This document shows, piece by piece, positions 33,089 through 41,249 of a DNA stretch of 64,000 bases; positions within the stretch are counted from its first letter, which is position 1, and every line of letters starts with the position of its first letter. This DNA is from an uncultured Solirubrobacteraceae bacterium (GTDB taxonomy: Bacteria > Actinomycetota > Thermoleophilia > Solirubrobacterales > Solirubrobacteraceae): the NCBI GenBank assembly GCA_963720215.1, contig CAVREV010000002.1, positions 78,746 through 142,745 on the forward strand, written 5' to 3'. Under the pieces are notes generated by a model. The model was not told where the DNA came from. It was given only the letters and a program-made list of their open reading frames with translations, and did not search any database. Both the position numbers and the translations under genes were made by a program.

Positions 33089-33395
33089 ACCCCCTCCTCG
33101 GGGGGTCGAGAGGGCCCGGGGGCGGCGCGCCAGCGACGCGACCCCGGGCTCTCGTAACCGAGCGCTGCACGCCCGGGCGGCCGACGAGGTGCCCGGGGTG
33201 AGCCATGCCTCTAAGCGGAGCATGGCTTCACCCCCCGGGCACCTCGTGCCCACGCGCCCAGAGCTGTGCCCGGGCAGCGCAAGAGTGACCCGGGCCGGGC
33301 GTGCTCGAAAGCACTGCCTGGCCCGGGCAGGGAGGTTGGCCGGATGGGGGCCTCCCCTTCGGGCGCGGCGCATTGGCAGAGAGGCGCGGCCGCGC
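33089..33395. ncRNA. Candidate structured RNA or leader: six consecutive hairpins
   Basis: Includes a perfect 15-bp stem 33184-33198/33233-33247 and stems at 33107-33154, 33162-33280 and 33289-33327; eight CCCGGG copies. Confidence 0.5.
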
Positions 33396-33414
33396 ACGCT
33401 TGAAAGCTGAGCCA

Positions 33415-33729
33415 TCAGGCACCGTGCAGGACGTCGTACAACTCCCGCTCGAGCTTCCGGTCGCCCTTCCGCACACGCTCCATCGCCTCGCTACGGGAGA
33501 GCTTCGGGTCGGCCTTCCGCAGCTCGACGACCTCGTCGTTGAAACGCTTCAGCACGCGCCTTTCGCTGCTTGGGTGTGCGACCGCGTCGACCTTCGAGTG
33601 CAGCGCCTTCACCTCGGGGTGTTCCCCGCCGCGAAGAATGACCATCACAGCCGCGAGGCGGCCCTGGTCGTCAGCGGAGAGATCTTCGTTCGCGGCGGGC
33701 AAGGCGGTTTCGCTAGAAGTAGCGGCCAT
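33415..33729 (-). CDS. Small protein with a scaffold-like C-terminus
   Basis: RBS GAGAGGA; ends VELRKADPKLSRSEAMERVRKGDRKLERELY. Confidence 0.65.
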   Translation of the reverse strand: MAATSSETALPAANEDLSADDQGRLAAVMVILRGGEHPEVKALHSKVDAVAHPSSERRVLKRFNDEVVELRKADPKLSRSEAMERVRKGDRKLERELYDVLHGA

Positions 33730-33781
33730 GTGAGTTGTCCTCTCTCGTTTGGGGGTCATCTGATGCGCCACGTTCACTCCC

Positions 33782-34348
33782 TCATTCGAGGGGCTGGCGC
33801 GGGTCGCTCTCGACGAGGCTCGCGCGCTTCGGGTTAACCCCCGGGAGCTCGAGCATCCCCGGAGGGGTCTTGTGGTCGAAGAACGCGCGGACGAGGGTGG
33901 CCGTGAACGCGCTCCCTGCCGGTTTCACCGCGCGGCACCCCGCGAGACGCAGCTGGGCTTCCTGCTCCCCGGACAGCGCGGCGAACACGGACAGCGCGGC
34001 GGCATAGGCGTCGGCAGCCTGATCGACCTGCCGGGCGGCAGCTTCGCGCTTCGGCCGCAGCTTGCGGGCCGCGCTCATCGCGCGATCACGACTTGCACGT
34101 GCGGCCTCCTCAAGCGCCTGGCGCTCGAGGTGCTCACGCTGGAGGCGGGCGAGTCCTACCTGCTCAAGCGCGCGCTGCGCCTCGGAGAGCTCGTCCTGGA
34201 CCGAAGTAAGCTCCTCAGCTGCGGGCCCGTCAGTGAGCGCCGGCAGCGCGAGCTCCTGCTGACGGACACGAAGCTCCTCCACACGCGCCTGGGCGCCCTG
34301 CTCGACCGAGTCGAGGTCGAGGTCGAGGGCCCTCTCTGTTGCGCTCAT
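33782..34348 (-). CDS. Coiled-coil protein (188 aa)
   Basis: Long E/Q/R/A/L heptad-like stretch; ATGA coupling and RBS GGGAGG. Confidence 0.7.
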   Translation of the reverse strand: MSATERALDLDLDSVEQGAQARVEELRVRQQELALPALTDGPAAEELTSVQDELSEAQRALEQVGLARLQREHLERQALEEAARASRDRAMSAARKLRPKREAAARQVDQAADAYAAALSVFAALSGEQEAQLRLAGCRAVKPAGSAFTATLVRAFFDHKTPPGMLELPGVNPKRASLVESDPRQPLE

Positions 34349-34605
34349 ACCGCCTCCCTTTCGCGCTCGTCGCGCTCGTCAAGCTCAGCCCGCACCGCGG
34401 ACCGAATCAAACCCACCGCCTGCTCCGAACCCAACCGCCCCGCGAGAAACAACTCGCCCAGCCCATCAGGGTCGTCACCCAAATACCGCTCGACGGCCTG
34501 ACGGACAACCTGACCAAACGTCCGATCTTCACGCCGCGCACGCACACGCACACGCTCCGCTAGAGACTCCGGCATCCGGACTGACTTCGCAGGTTGGGCT
34601 GACAT
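34345..34605 (-). CDS. Ribbon-helix-helix (CopG/Arc-like) regulator
   Basis: KSVRMPESLAERVRVRARREDRTFGQVVRQAVERYL. Confidence 0.75.
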   Translation of the reverse strand: MSAQPAKSVRMPESLAERVRVRARREDRTFGQVVRQAVERYLGDDPDGLGELFLAGRLGSEQAVGLIRSAVRAELDERDEREREAV

Positions 34606-34778
34606 CGTCACACCATCATTCCACGCGCCCCGGCGGACCCTGTACACAACCACACGCCCTTATAGGAGAAAACCCCACACACCACACAAATATCGCGGGG
34701 GCCGCGCGCACCTTTCGCGCCAGAACCTAGGAATCCTGAGCAAGGTCCGTAGTCGCCGCGCAGGGCATCCACAGTCCG

Positions 34779-35090
34779 TCACGTGTGAGCTGGCTGCTTG
34801 GGTCTGGAGCGGAGGATCAGCCCGGGTTGTGGCTGACGAGTGGCCAACGAGCCGCGCGGTGCCCTGCGAGGACGGTCAGACTCCGCTCCCACGCTGGGGG
34901 TTGGGGGTTGCGACTGGTTGCTCGTGTAGCAGGCGAGCGCAGCCCGGGCGGTCTCGAGGTCGAACCGTTTGCGTGCCTTCGGCCCCCCGCTGAGCTTCAC
35001 CTGGCCGAGCTCCGCCGCGTGCTCGTAGATGTAGCCTCGGCTCACTCCAAGCTCCCGTGCGAGCGTGGCCGGGTCCACAAGGCGACTCAC
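34779..35090 (-). CDS. Excisionase-like HTH protein
   Basis: LVDPATLARELGVSRGYIYEHAAELG..RF; GTGA coupling. Confidence 0.7.
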   Translation of the reverse strand: MSRLVDPATLARELGVSRGYIYEHAAELGQVKLSGGPKARKRFDLETARAALACYTSNQSQPPTPSVGAESDRPRRAPRGSLATRQPQPGLILRSRPKQPAHT

Positions 35091-35734
35091 CTGCCCAGCT
35101 CCTTGCGGGCCTGCTCGATGCTCGCGCGCATCGCTGCACGCACCGCCGGATCAGCGACGGAGGAGCCTATCGCCGCAGCGAAGTTCTGCATCGCTGCGAC
35201 GAGGAACTGGCTGTGCTGCTGCGCCAGCCGCACCTGCTCCTCAGCCACTTTCGCCCGCAGACACGCCGCCCCGATATCAGCGACACGTCGCTGCGCGTCC
35301 TCATACAGCTGGACAAGCACGTGCCTCTTGGCTTCACCCGTCGGCTCTCCCGTCAAATGCACCGTCGGGGCATACAGCGCACTCTCGGAAGGGTTGCCGT
35401 CCTCACCCAACGCGGGGTGGATGTCGAGCTCGTGAACGAGCTGCGCGTAGGTCGCCATGTCTTCGTGGGCGTGCCACAAGGCACGCAGGAGCGCTTCCGC
35501 GGGCCCTACCCGCGTCGGCTCCTGGCCGCGCTCCAGGCCGAGCCGCTGAACCTCACGGCGTGCAAGCTCCTTCGATGCAGCACGCCGATGGTTCCGCGTA
35601 GACCCACCGTGCAACTTGCAGCAACCCACACCAAGATGGCCCGTACCCGACCCCGCAGGACGCCCGCACGGCTTCCCCGTGCGGGTCTTCGCTCCGCAGG
35701 TCTCACGGCCTTCACCGTGCGCAGGAGCAGGCAT
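35087..35734 (-). CDS. HGGxSTG-domain protein, candidate small terminase-like
   Basis: CGAKTRTGKPC...GCCKLHGGST followed by a helical C-terminus. Confidence 0.7.
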   Translation of the reverse strand: MPAPAHGEGRETCGAKTRTGKPCGRPAGSGTGHLGVGCCKLHGGSTRNHRRAASKELARREVQRLGLERGQEPTRVGPAEALLRALWHAHEDMATYAQLVHELDIHPALGEDGNPSESALYAPTVHLTGEPTGEAKRHVLVQLYEDAQRRVADIGAACLRAKVAEEQVRLAQQHSQFLVAAMQNFAAAIGSSVADPAVRAAMRASIEQARKELGR

Positions 35735-35757
35735 AGCCTGCGGGGTGGAGGAGCGAC

Positions 35758-37083
35758 TCACGACACGATCCTTGCGGCGGTCTTGCCGCAGTGGACGCAG
35801 CGGCGGGTGAGTTCGTCGGGGTCTTCGTTCGTGGGGTCGATGAGCGGGGTTTTGCAGGAGCACTGGTGGCCGTTGAACTTGGCGGTGAGGCGCTCGTATT
35901 TGGTGTCGGCGGTACTGGGGACACACTGGGGACTAGTGTTTTCGTAGTGTTGTGTGTTGTGTGTGTGTTGTGTGTAGTTATTGGGGGTTTCCGGGCTTGT
36001 ACTGGCGACACACACGACACACGTGGCAGCGTTATCACTAGTCGCGTGTGATGTCGTGTGTGTGGGGCGGCGCCATTCGCTGGGTGCTTGGAAGGTGGAT
36101 GCGCGGCGCTGGTCTAGGGCGAGTCGTTTCTTGGCTCGCTGGACGGTGTGCTTCTCGATGCCTTCGTTTGCGCACGCGTCGTAGATGGGGGCGGCGGGGT
36201 GCCATCCGCCGTCCTCGGGGAGGAGCGCTTGGATGATCTCGACGGCTTCCGCGGTCTTGGAGTGCTCCATGGTGCGCTCGCCGGCCTTGTCGAGCAGCTC
36301 GGAGATGTCGGTGTCCCCAGTGATGAACCGTCCGGCCTTCGGGACGCTGAAGGTGTGGCCGTTCACCTCGAAACGGCACTCCTCGATCGCGAACTCGACC
36401 GCTGGTGGGCTCGCCGACAGGTTGCCCTTCCCACGGCACAGCACGCGGCGGTCCTCGTCTTCGGGATGCTGCGCCAACAGCAGACTGGACCGGGACACCT
36501 GATTGAACGCGCTGCTGCCTGACAGGAGCTCGCGGAACGTGCTGCCGCGCTTGTTCGGGTGCAGGCTGCCCACACAGGCGATCCCCTGCTCCCGGGCGAT
36601 CCACCGGAGGGGCTGGAGCGCCTGACGAACCTCTTTGCCGTGCCAGTCGTTCGTGCTCCCCATGTGATCGATCAGCGAGTCGAAGTACGCCAGCCCGATC
36701 TGCTCCAGGTCGACCGCAGTCGCCAGGCGCTCCTGGTCGGCCCGCAGTTCGATGAAGCCGCCTTCGGGGAGGTCGAGCGCCTTGACACGGCCGAGGTCCG
36801 CGCCAGCGGCGTGCAACCGCGGAACCCATACATGTGAAAAGCTGTCCTCGTCGCCGACGACCGCGACGTTGATCGGTTCACCGCGGAGATCCCCAGGCAG
36901 GTCGCCGTGGGTGAGTCGGGCGATCATCCATGCCGCCAACGTGGACTTTCCCACCCCCTCCGCGCCGAGGATCAACGACAAGTAGGCGATCGGCAGCCTG
37001 TCCTTCCATGCCCACCGCGGGGGCCGCGCCTGGGACAGGTCAGCCGCCAGAACACGAAGCCCTGAGGGGTGCGCGTCGGTCAC
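35758..37083 (-). CDS. AAA (RepA/AAA_25-like) replicative helicase
   Basis: Walker A GAEGVGKS, YFDS, H.NK, GSSAF...SRS, KGNL; C-terminal CxC..CxxC; GTGA-coupled start. Confidence 0.85.
   Translation of the reverse strand: MTDAHPSGLRVLAADLSQARPPRWAWKDRLPIAYLSLILGAEGVGKSTLAAWMIARLTHGDLPGDLRGEPINVAVVGDEDSFSHVWVPRLHAAGADLGRVKALDLPEGGFIELRADQERLATAVDLEQIGLAYFDSLIDHMGSTNDWHGKEVRQALQPLRWIAREQGIACVGSLHPNKRGSTFRELLSGSSAFNQVSRSSLLLAQHPEDEDRRVLCRGKGNLSASPPAVEFAIEECRFEVNGHTFSVPKAGRFITGDTDISELLDKAGERTMEHSKTAEAVEIIQALLPEDGGWHPAAPIYDACANEGIEKHTVQRAKKRLALDQRRASTFQAPSEWRRPTHTTSHATSDNAATCVVCVASTSPETPNNYTQHTHNTQHYENTSPQCVPSTADTKYERLTAKFNGHQCSCKTPLIDPTNEDPDELTRRCVHCGKTAARIVS
35914..36063. repeat. Iteron-like repeats, candidate replication origin
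   Basis: GTGTTGTGTGT x3 (35947, 35954, 35965); 12-bp inverted repeat 36008-36019/36052-36063; ACTGGGGAC x2; locally low GC. Confidence 0.65.
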
Positions 37084-38006
37084 GCCCCACCGCCTTCCCA
37101 GGCGTCCGCCAGCGCGAGCACGCCGGCCTGTTCCTCCCGCTCGACTGCCTGCTCGACCTGCCACGCGTCAGCGTCGATGTGGCTGACGATCGCCTCCTGC
37201 ACCAGCTCGATCAGCTGGTCTGGGTCAATCGCGTCAAGCTCTACCGCAACGTCTCCCCACTTCGCGGCCTCCGGGTCTGATTTCTTGGCAGGGCGCGTCG
37301 GAAGGTTCCACTCCTGCACCTGCCGCTCGGTGACCGCGAGTCGCTCGACATGGACCGGGACGCCCGGCGCATATCCCGGTATCTCCCGCTCGACGGTGCG
37401 GTACGCGCGCTCGCCGCCGGCGTCGAAGTCGTACAGCGCGTAGATGAAGGTCGTCACGCCGGCCTGCCTAAACGCTTCCCGGGCAGCCACGGCCGCACTG
37501 TGTAGGAACGTCGCGCTCGACTGGCCGCGGGAGACCATCAGCGGGACGTCCCACGCCGCGGCGACGCCCCAGATCACGTCCGCGAGCGCATCCTTCTCCA
37601 GCCAGATCTCGATCCGTACGTCCTGCCTTTGCCAGAGATCCCGCCGGTAGGAACTGCACACATGCCGCAGGTAGTACTCGGCGCTGCTGTAGCTGGCGGG
37701 CTTACGCTGCCAGCGGGTGCCATCGGTGATGAAGTCCCACGACAGGACTCCCTCCTGGCGCATCCGAAGGACCTGCTGCTGGACCTGCCGGTAGCCGCCC
37801 TCGGTCTTCTCCACCACCCCGGAGGTCTCCATCTGGTAGTAGACCTGCCGGACCGTCATCCGCTCGAAGCGTTCGGTCAGCTCGTGCATGGCATCCCGAA
37901 TCGCTAGCGCCGTCGGACCTAGCGGGCGCCCAGTCGACTTTGTTGTCCTAGCGCCCGAAAGTCGGGTGGTGGCGCTAGCGCCCGAAAGTCGGGTGGTGGC
38001 GCTCAC
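37080..38006 (-). CDS. Topoisomerase VI-A/Spo11-like toprim protein
   Basis: TVRQVYY winged-helix motif, WLEKDAL, SRG, YDFDAGG, VELDAI. Confidence 0.75.
   Translation of the reverse strand: MSATTRLSGASATTRLSGARTTKSTGRPLGPTALAIRDAMHELTERFERMTVRQVYYQMETSGVVEKTEGGYRQVQQQVLRMRQEGVLSWDFITDGTRWQRKPASYSSAEYYLRHVCSSYRRDLWQRQDVRIEIWLEKDALADVIWGVAAAWDVPLMVSRGQSSATFLHSAAVAAREAFRQAGVTTFIYALYDFDAGGERAYRTVEREIPGYAPGVPVHVERLAVTERQVQEWNLPTRPAKKSDPEAAKWGDVAVELDAIDPDQLIELVQEAIVSHIDADAWQVEQAVEREEQAGVLALADAWEGGGA
37948..38003. repeat. Perfect 27-bp tandem duplication
   Basis: CTAGCGCCCGAAAGTCGGGTGGTGGCG x2, encoding SATTRLSGA twice. Confidence 0.9.
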
Positions 38007-38314
38007 ACCGCCCACGTGTCCCGATCCCGAGATGTCTGGACGCGACCCCAGCGCGCGAAATCGGCCCTATCGAGCGCCCGCGCGACGTCCCGGCTACCGA
38101 GGTGCCCAGCGACACACTCGAGGGCCGCGTCGTCGAGGCCTACGTCGCCAGACGTGCCGAGCCAGCCGTCGGACTGAATGCCCAGAACGGCGCCGCCCGA
38201 TAGCGACGTATCGACCGTGACGAACGTCCGCACGTCCTCATCGCACGCGACGAGCACCCACCTCAGCGCGCCGTTGCACGGGCGTACGCGGCGAACCGAC
38301 ACCCGCCAGCTCAC
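38003..38314 (-). CDS. Hypothetical protein
   Basis: GTGA overlaps at both ends within the operon. Confidence 0.5.
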   Translation of the reverse strand: MSWRVSVRRVRPCNGALRWVLVACDEDVRTFVTVDTSLSGGAVLGIQSDGWLGTSGDVGLDDAALECVAGHLGSRDVARALDRADFARWGRVQTSRDRDTWAV

Positions 38315-38419
38315 CTGGACTCCCGGGGGATACAGGCGTAGGTGTACTTCGCAGGCCTGGGCCGTGCGACGAGGGACAGGCGACGCGGCGCCGGCGGCAC
38401 GGGGGGGGTCGGGCGTGGG

Positions 38420-38716
38420 CTACCCTTGGTCTGCATTCTGGCCCCGCCTGGCCTGATTGCTCGAGAGCCCTGGTTGCCCGCCGGGGCTCTCGCTTATGAG
38501 GGGGACGCCGCGGAGGTACGGTCCGAGCAGCCGCTGGAGCTCGCGCAGCTCGAGCACCCCAGCGAGTCGGTGGAGTGCCTCGACACTAAGCGACGCCTGG
38601 CCGCGCTCGACGCGCGAGAGGTGCGCAGGGTCGATACCGGCGCTCTCTGCAACCCCCCTAAGTCCGAGCCCGCGGGCTTCGCGTACTGCCCGCAGTGGCG
38701 GCCGGGTCTGCTCCAC
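38420..38716 (-). CDS. XRE/Cro-like HTH regulator
   Basis: LRAVREARGLGLRGVAESAGIDPAHLSRVERG. Confidence 0.85.
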   Translation of the reverse strand: MEQTRPPLRAVREARGLGLRGVAESAGIDPAHLSRVERGQASLSVEALHRLAGVLELRELQRLLGPYLRGVPLISESPGGQPGLSSNQARRGQNADQG

Positions 38717-38821
38717 GGGGGGATAGTCAACGCTCACGTAGATCGCGAGTCTAGCAACTCGACCCGGCGTTCTTGTTGACCAGTCACCCATGCTGTTGAC
38801 TCCTGCGCTACACTGCGCAGA

Positions 38822-39271
38822 GTGAGCCCTAATCAGATCGTCGCCTACAACCTGCGCAACGCTCGGCTTCTGCAGAACTGGACGCAGGACACAGCCACCG
38901 AGAAGCTGGCGCCGCTGCTTGGAGTGCGCTGGTCGAAGGCCAGCTACTCCGCGGCCGAGCGGTCCGTGACCGGCACCCGTATCCGCCAGTTCACCGCCGA
39001 CGAAATCGTCGCATTCGCGACAGCGTTCGAGCTGTCCGTCTCGTTCTTTCTCACGCCACCCCCCGGCGTAGACACGATCGCCTTGCCCGCCGCGACCACA
39101 AAGATCACACCCGCCGCGCTAGCCGATGTCGTGGGACCCCCGCCCGTGGAGAAGATCAAGAGGCTCGGCGTCAAAGAGTGGGAACGCCTCGAAGCGATGG
39201 GCCTCCAGGTCACCGAGGTGAGCGCGATGCATGTTGGACCAGTCAAGCGACCCCGCAAGAAGGAGGACTGA
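38822..39271 (+). CDS. HTH repressor-like protein
   Basis: IVAYNLRNARLLQNWTQ..WSKASYSAAERS..RQFTADEI; divergent from the XRE gene; TACACT 7 nt upstream of the start. Confidence 0.8.
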   Translation: MSPNQIVAYNLRNARLLQNWTQDTATEKLAPLLGVRWSKASYSAAERSVTGTRIRQFTADEIVAFATAFELSVSFFLTPPPGVDTIALPAATTKITPAALADVVGPPPVEKIKRLGVKEWERLEAMGLQVTEVSAMHVGPVKRPRKKED

Positions 39272-39275
39272 TGCC

Positions 39276-40571
39276 ATGCCACGCCCACTGAAAGGCAGCG
39301 TCATCGAGCACACCGGCCGTGATGGTGTCTATCGCTCCCTGCGGTTCCAGGCGGGCGGCAAACGTCATCGCGTGCCGCTCGGGCGGGTGAGTCGCGCCAG
39401 CGCCGAGCGCGCCCTTACACACGCGATCGCCGACGCGGAACGCGGCACATTCACCCCTCCCGCCCCAGCCCCCACCGCCGAGGTGCCAGGCTTCCACGCG
39501 TTCGCGGAGGAGTGGTGGATGCGTCACGAGCGGCAGATCACGGCGGGCACTAGGGCCGACTATTTGTGGAGGCTCGAGACGCACCTCGTCCCCTTCTTCT
39601 GGAATGCGCCGCTCACCCAGATCGGCTACGACATGGTCGAGCGCTATGTCGCCGCGAAGCTCGCCGGGCATCTCTACGACAAAGGGGTCCTGCAGGCTGG
39701 TCAGACCGTCCGGGCGCTCTCCCCCAGGAGCGTCAACATGCAGGTCACGCTCCTCGCGGCGGTCCTGGAGCGGGCGGTTGAGCGCGAGCTCATCCCGCGG
39801 AACCCTGCCAAGGGCAAAGGCCGGCGGGTGCGGGAACGAAAGCCGACCCGGTCCTACCTGGACAGCGCCGCGCAGATCGCCGCCCTGCTCGACGCCGCCG
39901 GGGAACTGGACCGGTCCGCGGCGAGCAACCGCAAGCACATCGAGCGCAGGGCGATGCTCGCGACGCTCATCTACGCCGGCCCACGGATCGAGGAGATGCT
40001 CAACCTGCGCTGGCGCGACGTCGACCTCGCGAGCGGCTGGCTGCGCGTCCGAGGCACCAAGACAGACGAGGCGGACCGCCGGGTGAAGATTCGTGGCGCC
40101 CTCCGCGACGAGCTGGCTGCGGTCCGCGGACGCAATCAGGACGCCCCGCAGTCCGCGTACGTGTTCCCGACAGCATCGGGCGGCAAGCTCGGCCAGAACA
40201 ACTTCAGGCGCCGCGTGCTCGGCCGCGCCGCGCGCCTCGTGCAGGGTGAGAAGAGGCCCGGCACGGGCGCCGTAGGGCGCGCTAACGAACGCCTGGAGGC
40301 CGACGGACTACCGCCCCTCCCCGACGGTCTGGAAACACGGTCGATGCGCCGCACATTCGCGAGCATCCTCTACGCGCTCGACGCGTCGCCCGTCGAAGTC
40401 ATGCAAGAAATGGGCCACACCGACCCCGCGCTCGCGCTAAAGGTGTACGCCCAGGCGATGCGCACCAGCGGCCAGGAGAAGGCAGCGCTGCGGGCTCTCA
40501 CCGAGGGGATTGCCGCGACAGAGGAGTTGTGCGACGGTGTCCCCTCCGCCGCGCAGTCGCGGCAGGCCTAG
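39276..40571 (+). CDS. Tyrosine integrase
   Basis: GPRIEEMLNL, GTKT, RSMRRTFAS, MGH, VY; RBS AGGAGG. Confidence 0.93.
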   Translation: MPRPLKGSVIEHTGRDGVYRSLRFQAGGKRHRVPLGRVSRASAERALTHAIADAERGTFTPPAPAPTAEVPGFHAFAEEWWMRHERQITAGTRADYLWRLETHLVPFFWNAPLTQIGYDMVERYVAAKLAGHLYDKGVLQAGQTVRALSPRSVNMQVTLLAAVLERAVERELIPRNPAKGKGRRVRERKPTRSYLDSAAQIAALLDAAGELDRSAASNRKHIERRAMLATLIYAGPRIEEMLNLRWRDVDLASGWLRVRGTKTDEADRRVKIRGALRDELAAVRGRNQDAPQSAYVFPTASGGKLGQNNFRRRVLGRAARLVQGEKRPGTGAVGRANERLEADGLPPLPDGLETRSMRRTFASILYALDASPVEVMQEMGHTDPALALKVYAQAMRTSGQEKAALRALTEGIAATEELCDGVPSAAQSRQA

Positions 40572-40587
40572 ACCATGAGAACGTAGA

Positions 40588-41247
40588 ATGGAACACCCGA
40601 AAGTGCCCGCTACGGCGCCCACAGGCATCTTCTCCCCGTTTCATGCGGGCGCGCTCGCCGGCGTCAGCGGCAACCGCGTGGGGCAGTGGGCGCGGTACGG
40701 GCTCATAAAAGCCACCCCGTTTCGCGGTCGTCCCGCCAACCTCTACGAGTTCCGCGATGTCGCAGAGGCGATCGTCGTCCATTGGCTCGTCGACCGCGAC
40801 TTCTCCTACGAGGACATCCACGCCGCGATCGGCACGGCACATGCCGAATACCCCGACTGGCCCCTCCTAACCGCCCCACTCGGGATCGCGCAGCACGCCG
40901 TCGAAGGGGACCGCGGCGCGCTCGTGCTCGAGACGGAGCGCGGCATCTACGTGGACACGCGCGCCCCGGGACAGATGACCTTGAAACCCGAGCTGTTCGA
41001 CCGGGCGCGAGACATGCTGAGGCGAGGCGGCTGGCTCGCCGACGAGCTCAAGCTCGAGCGCATCGAGGTCGACCCCGCAAAGCTCGGAGGCGCCCCGGTC
41101 CTACGGGGACGCAGATGGCCAATCGAGCGCGTCGCACAGCTCGCGGCGGACGCCGCCGGCAGGACCGTGCTCCTCGAGGATTACGGGCTCCACCCGCTCG
41201 ACGTGGAGGAGTCCGTGGCCTGGACGGACGCGGCCGCCGCTCTCTGA
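40588..41247 (+). CDS. Antitoxin-like protein, MerR-like HTH plus DUF433 (VapB45-like)
   Basis: LYEFRDVAE; IEVDPAKLGGAPVLRGRR..EDYGL. Confidence 0.8.
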   Translation: MEHPKVPATAPTGIFSPFHAGALAGVSGNRVGQWARYGLIKATPFRGRPANLYEFRDVAEAIVVHWLVDRDFSYEDIHAAIGTAHAEYPDWPLLTAPLGIAQHAVEGDRGALVLETERGIYVDTRAPGQMTLKPELFDRARDMLRRGGWLADELKLERIEVDPAKLGGAPVLRGRRWPIERVAQLAADAAGRTVLLEDYGLHPLDVEESVAWTDAAAAL

Positions 41248-41249
41248 GC

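Noticed and set aside
33068-33415. 115-aa ORF upstream of the TMP as a tail assembly chaperone
   Set aside because: Arg/Pro/Gly-rich composition, and the DNA is better explained by nested inverted repeats; I saw no slippery sequence.
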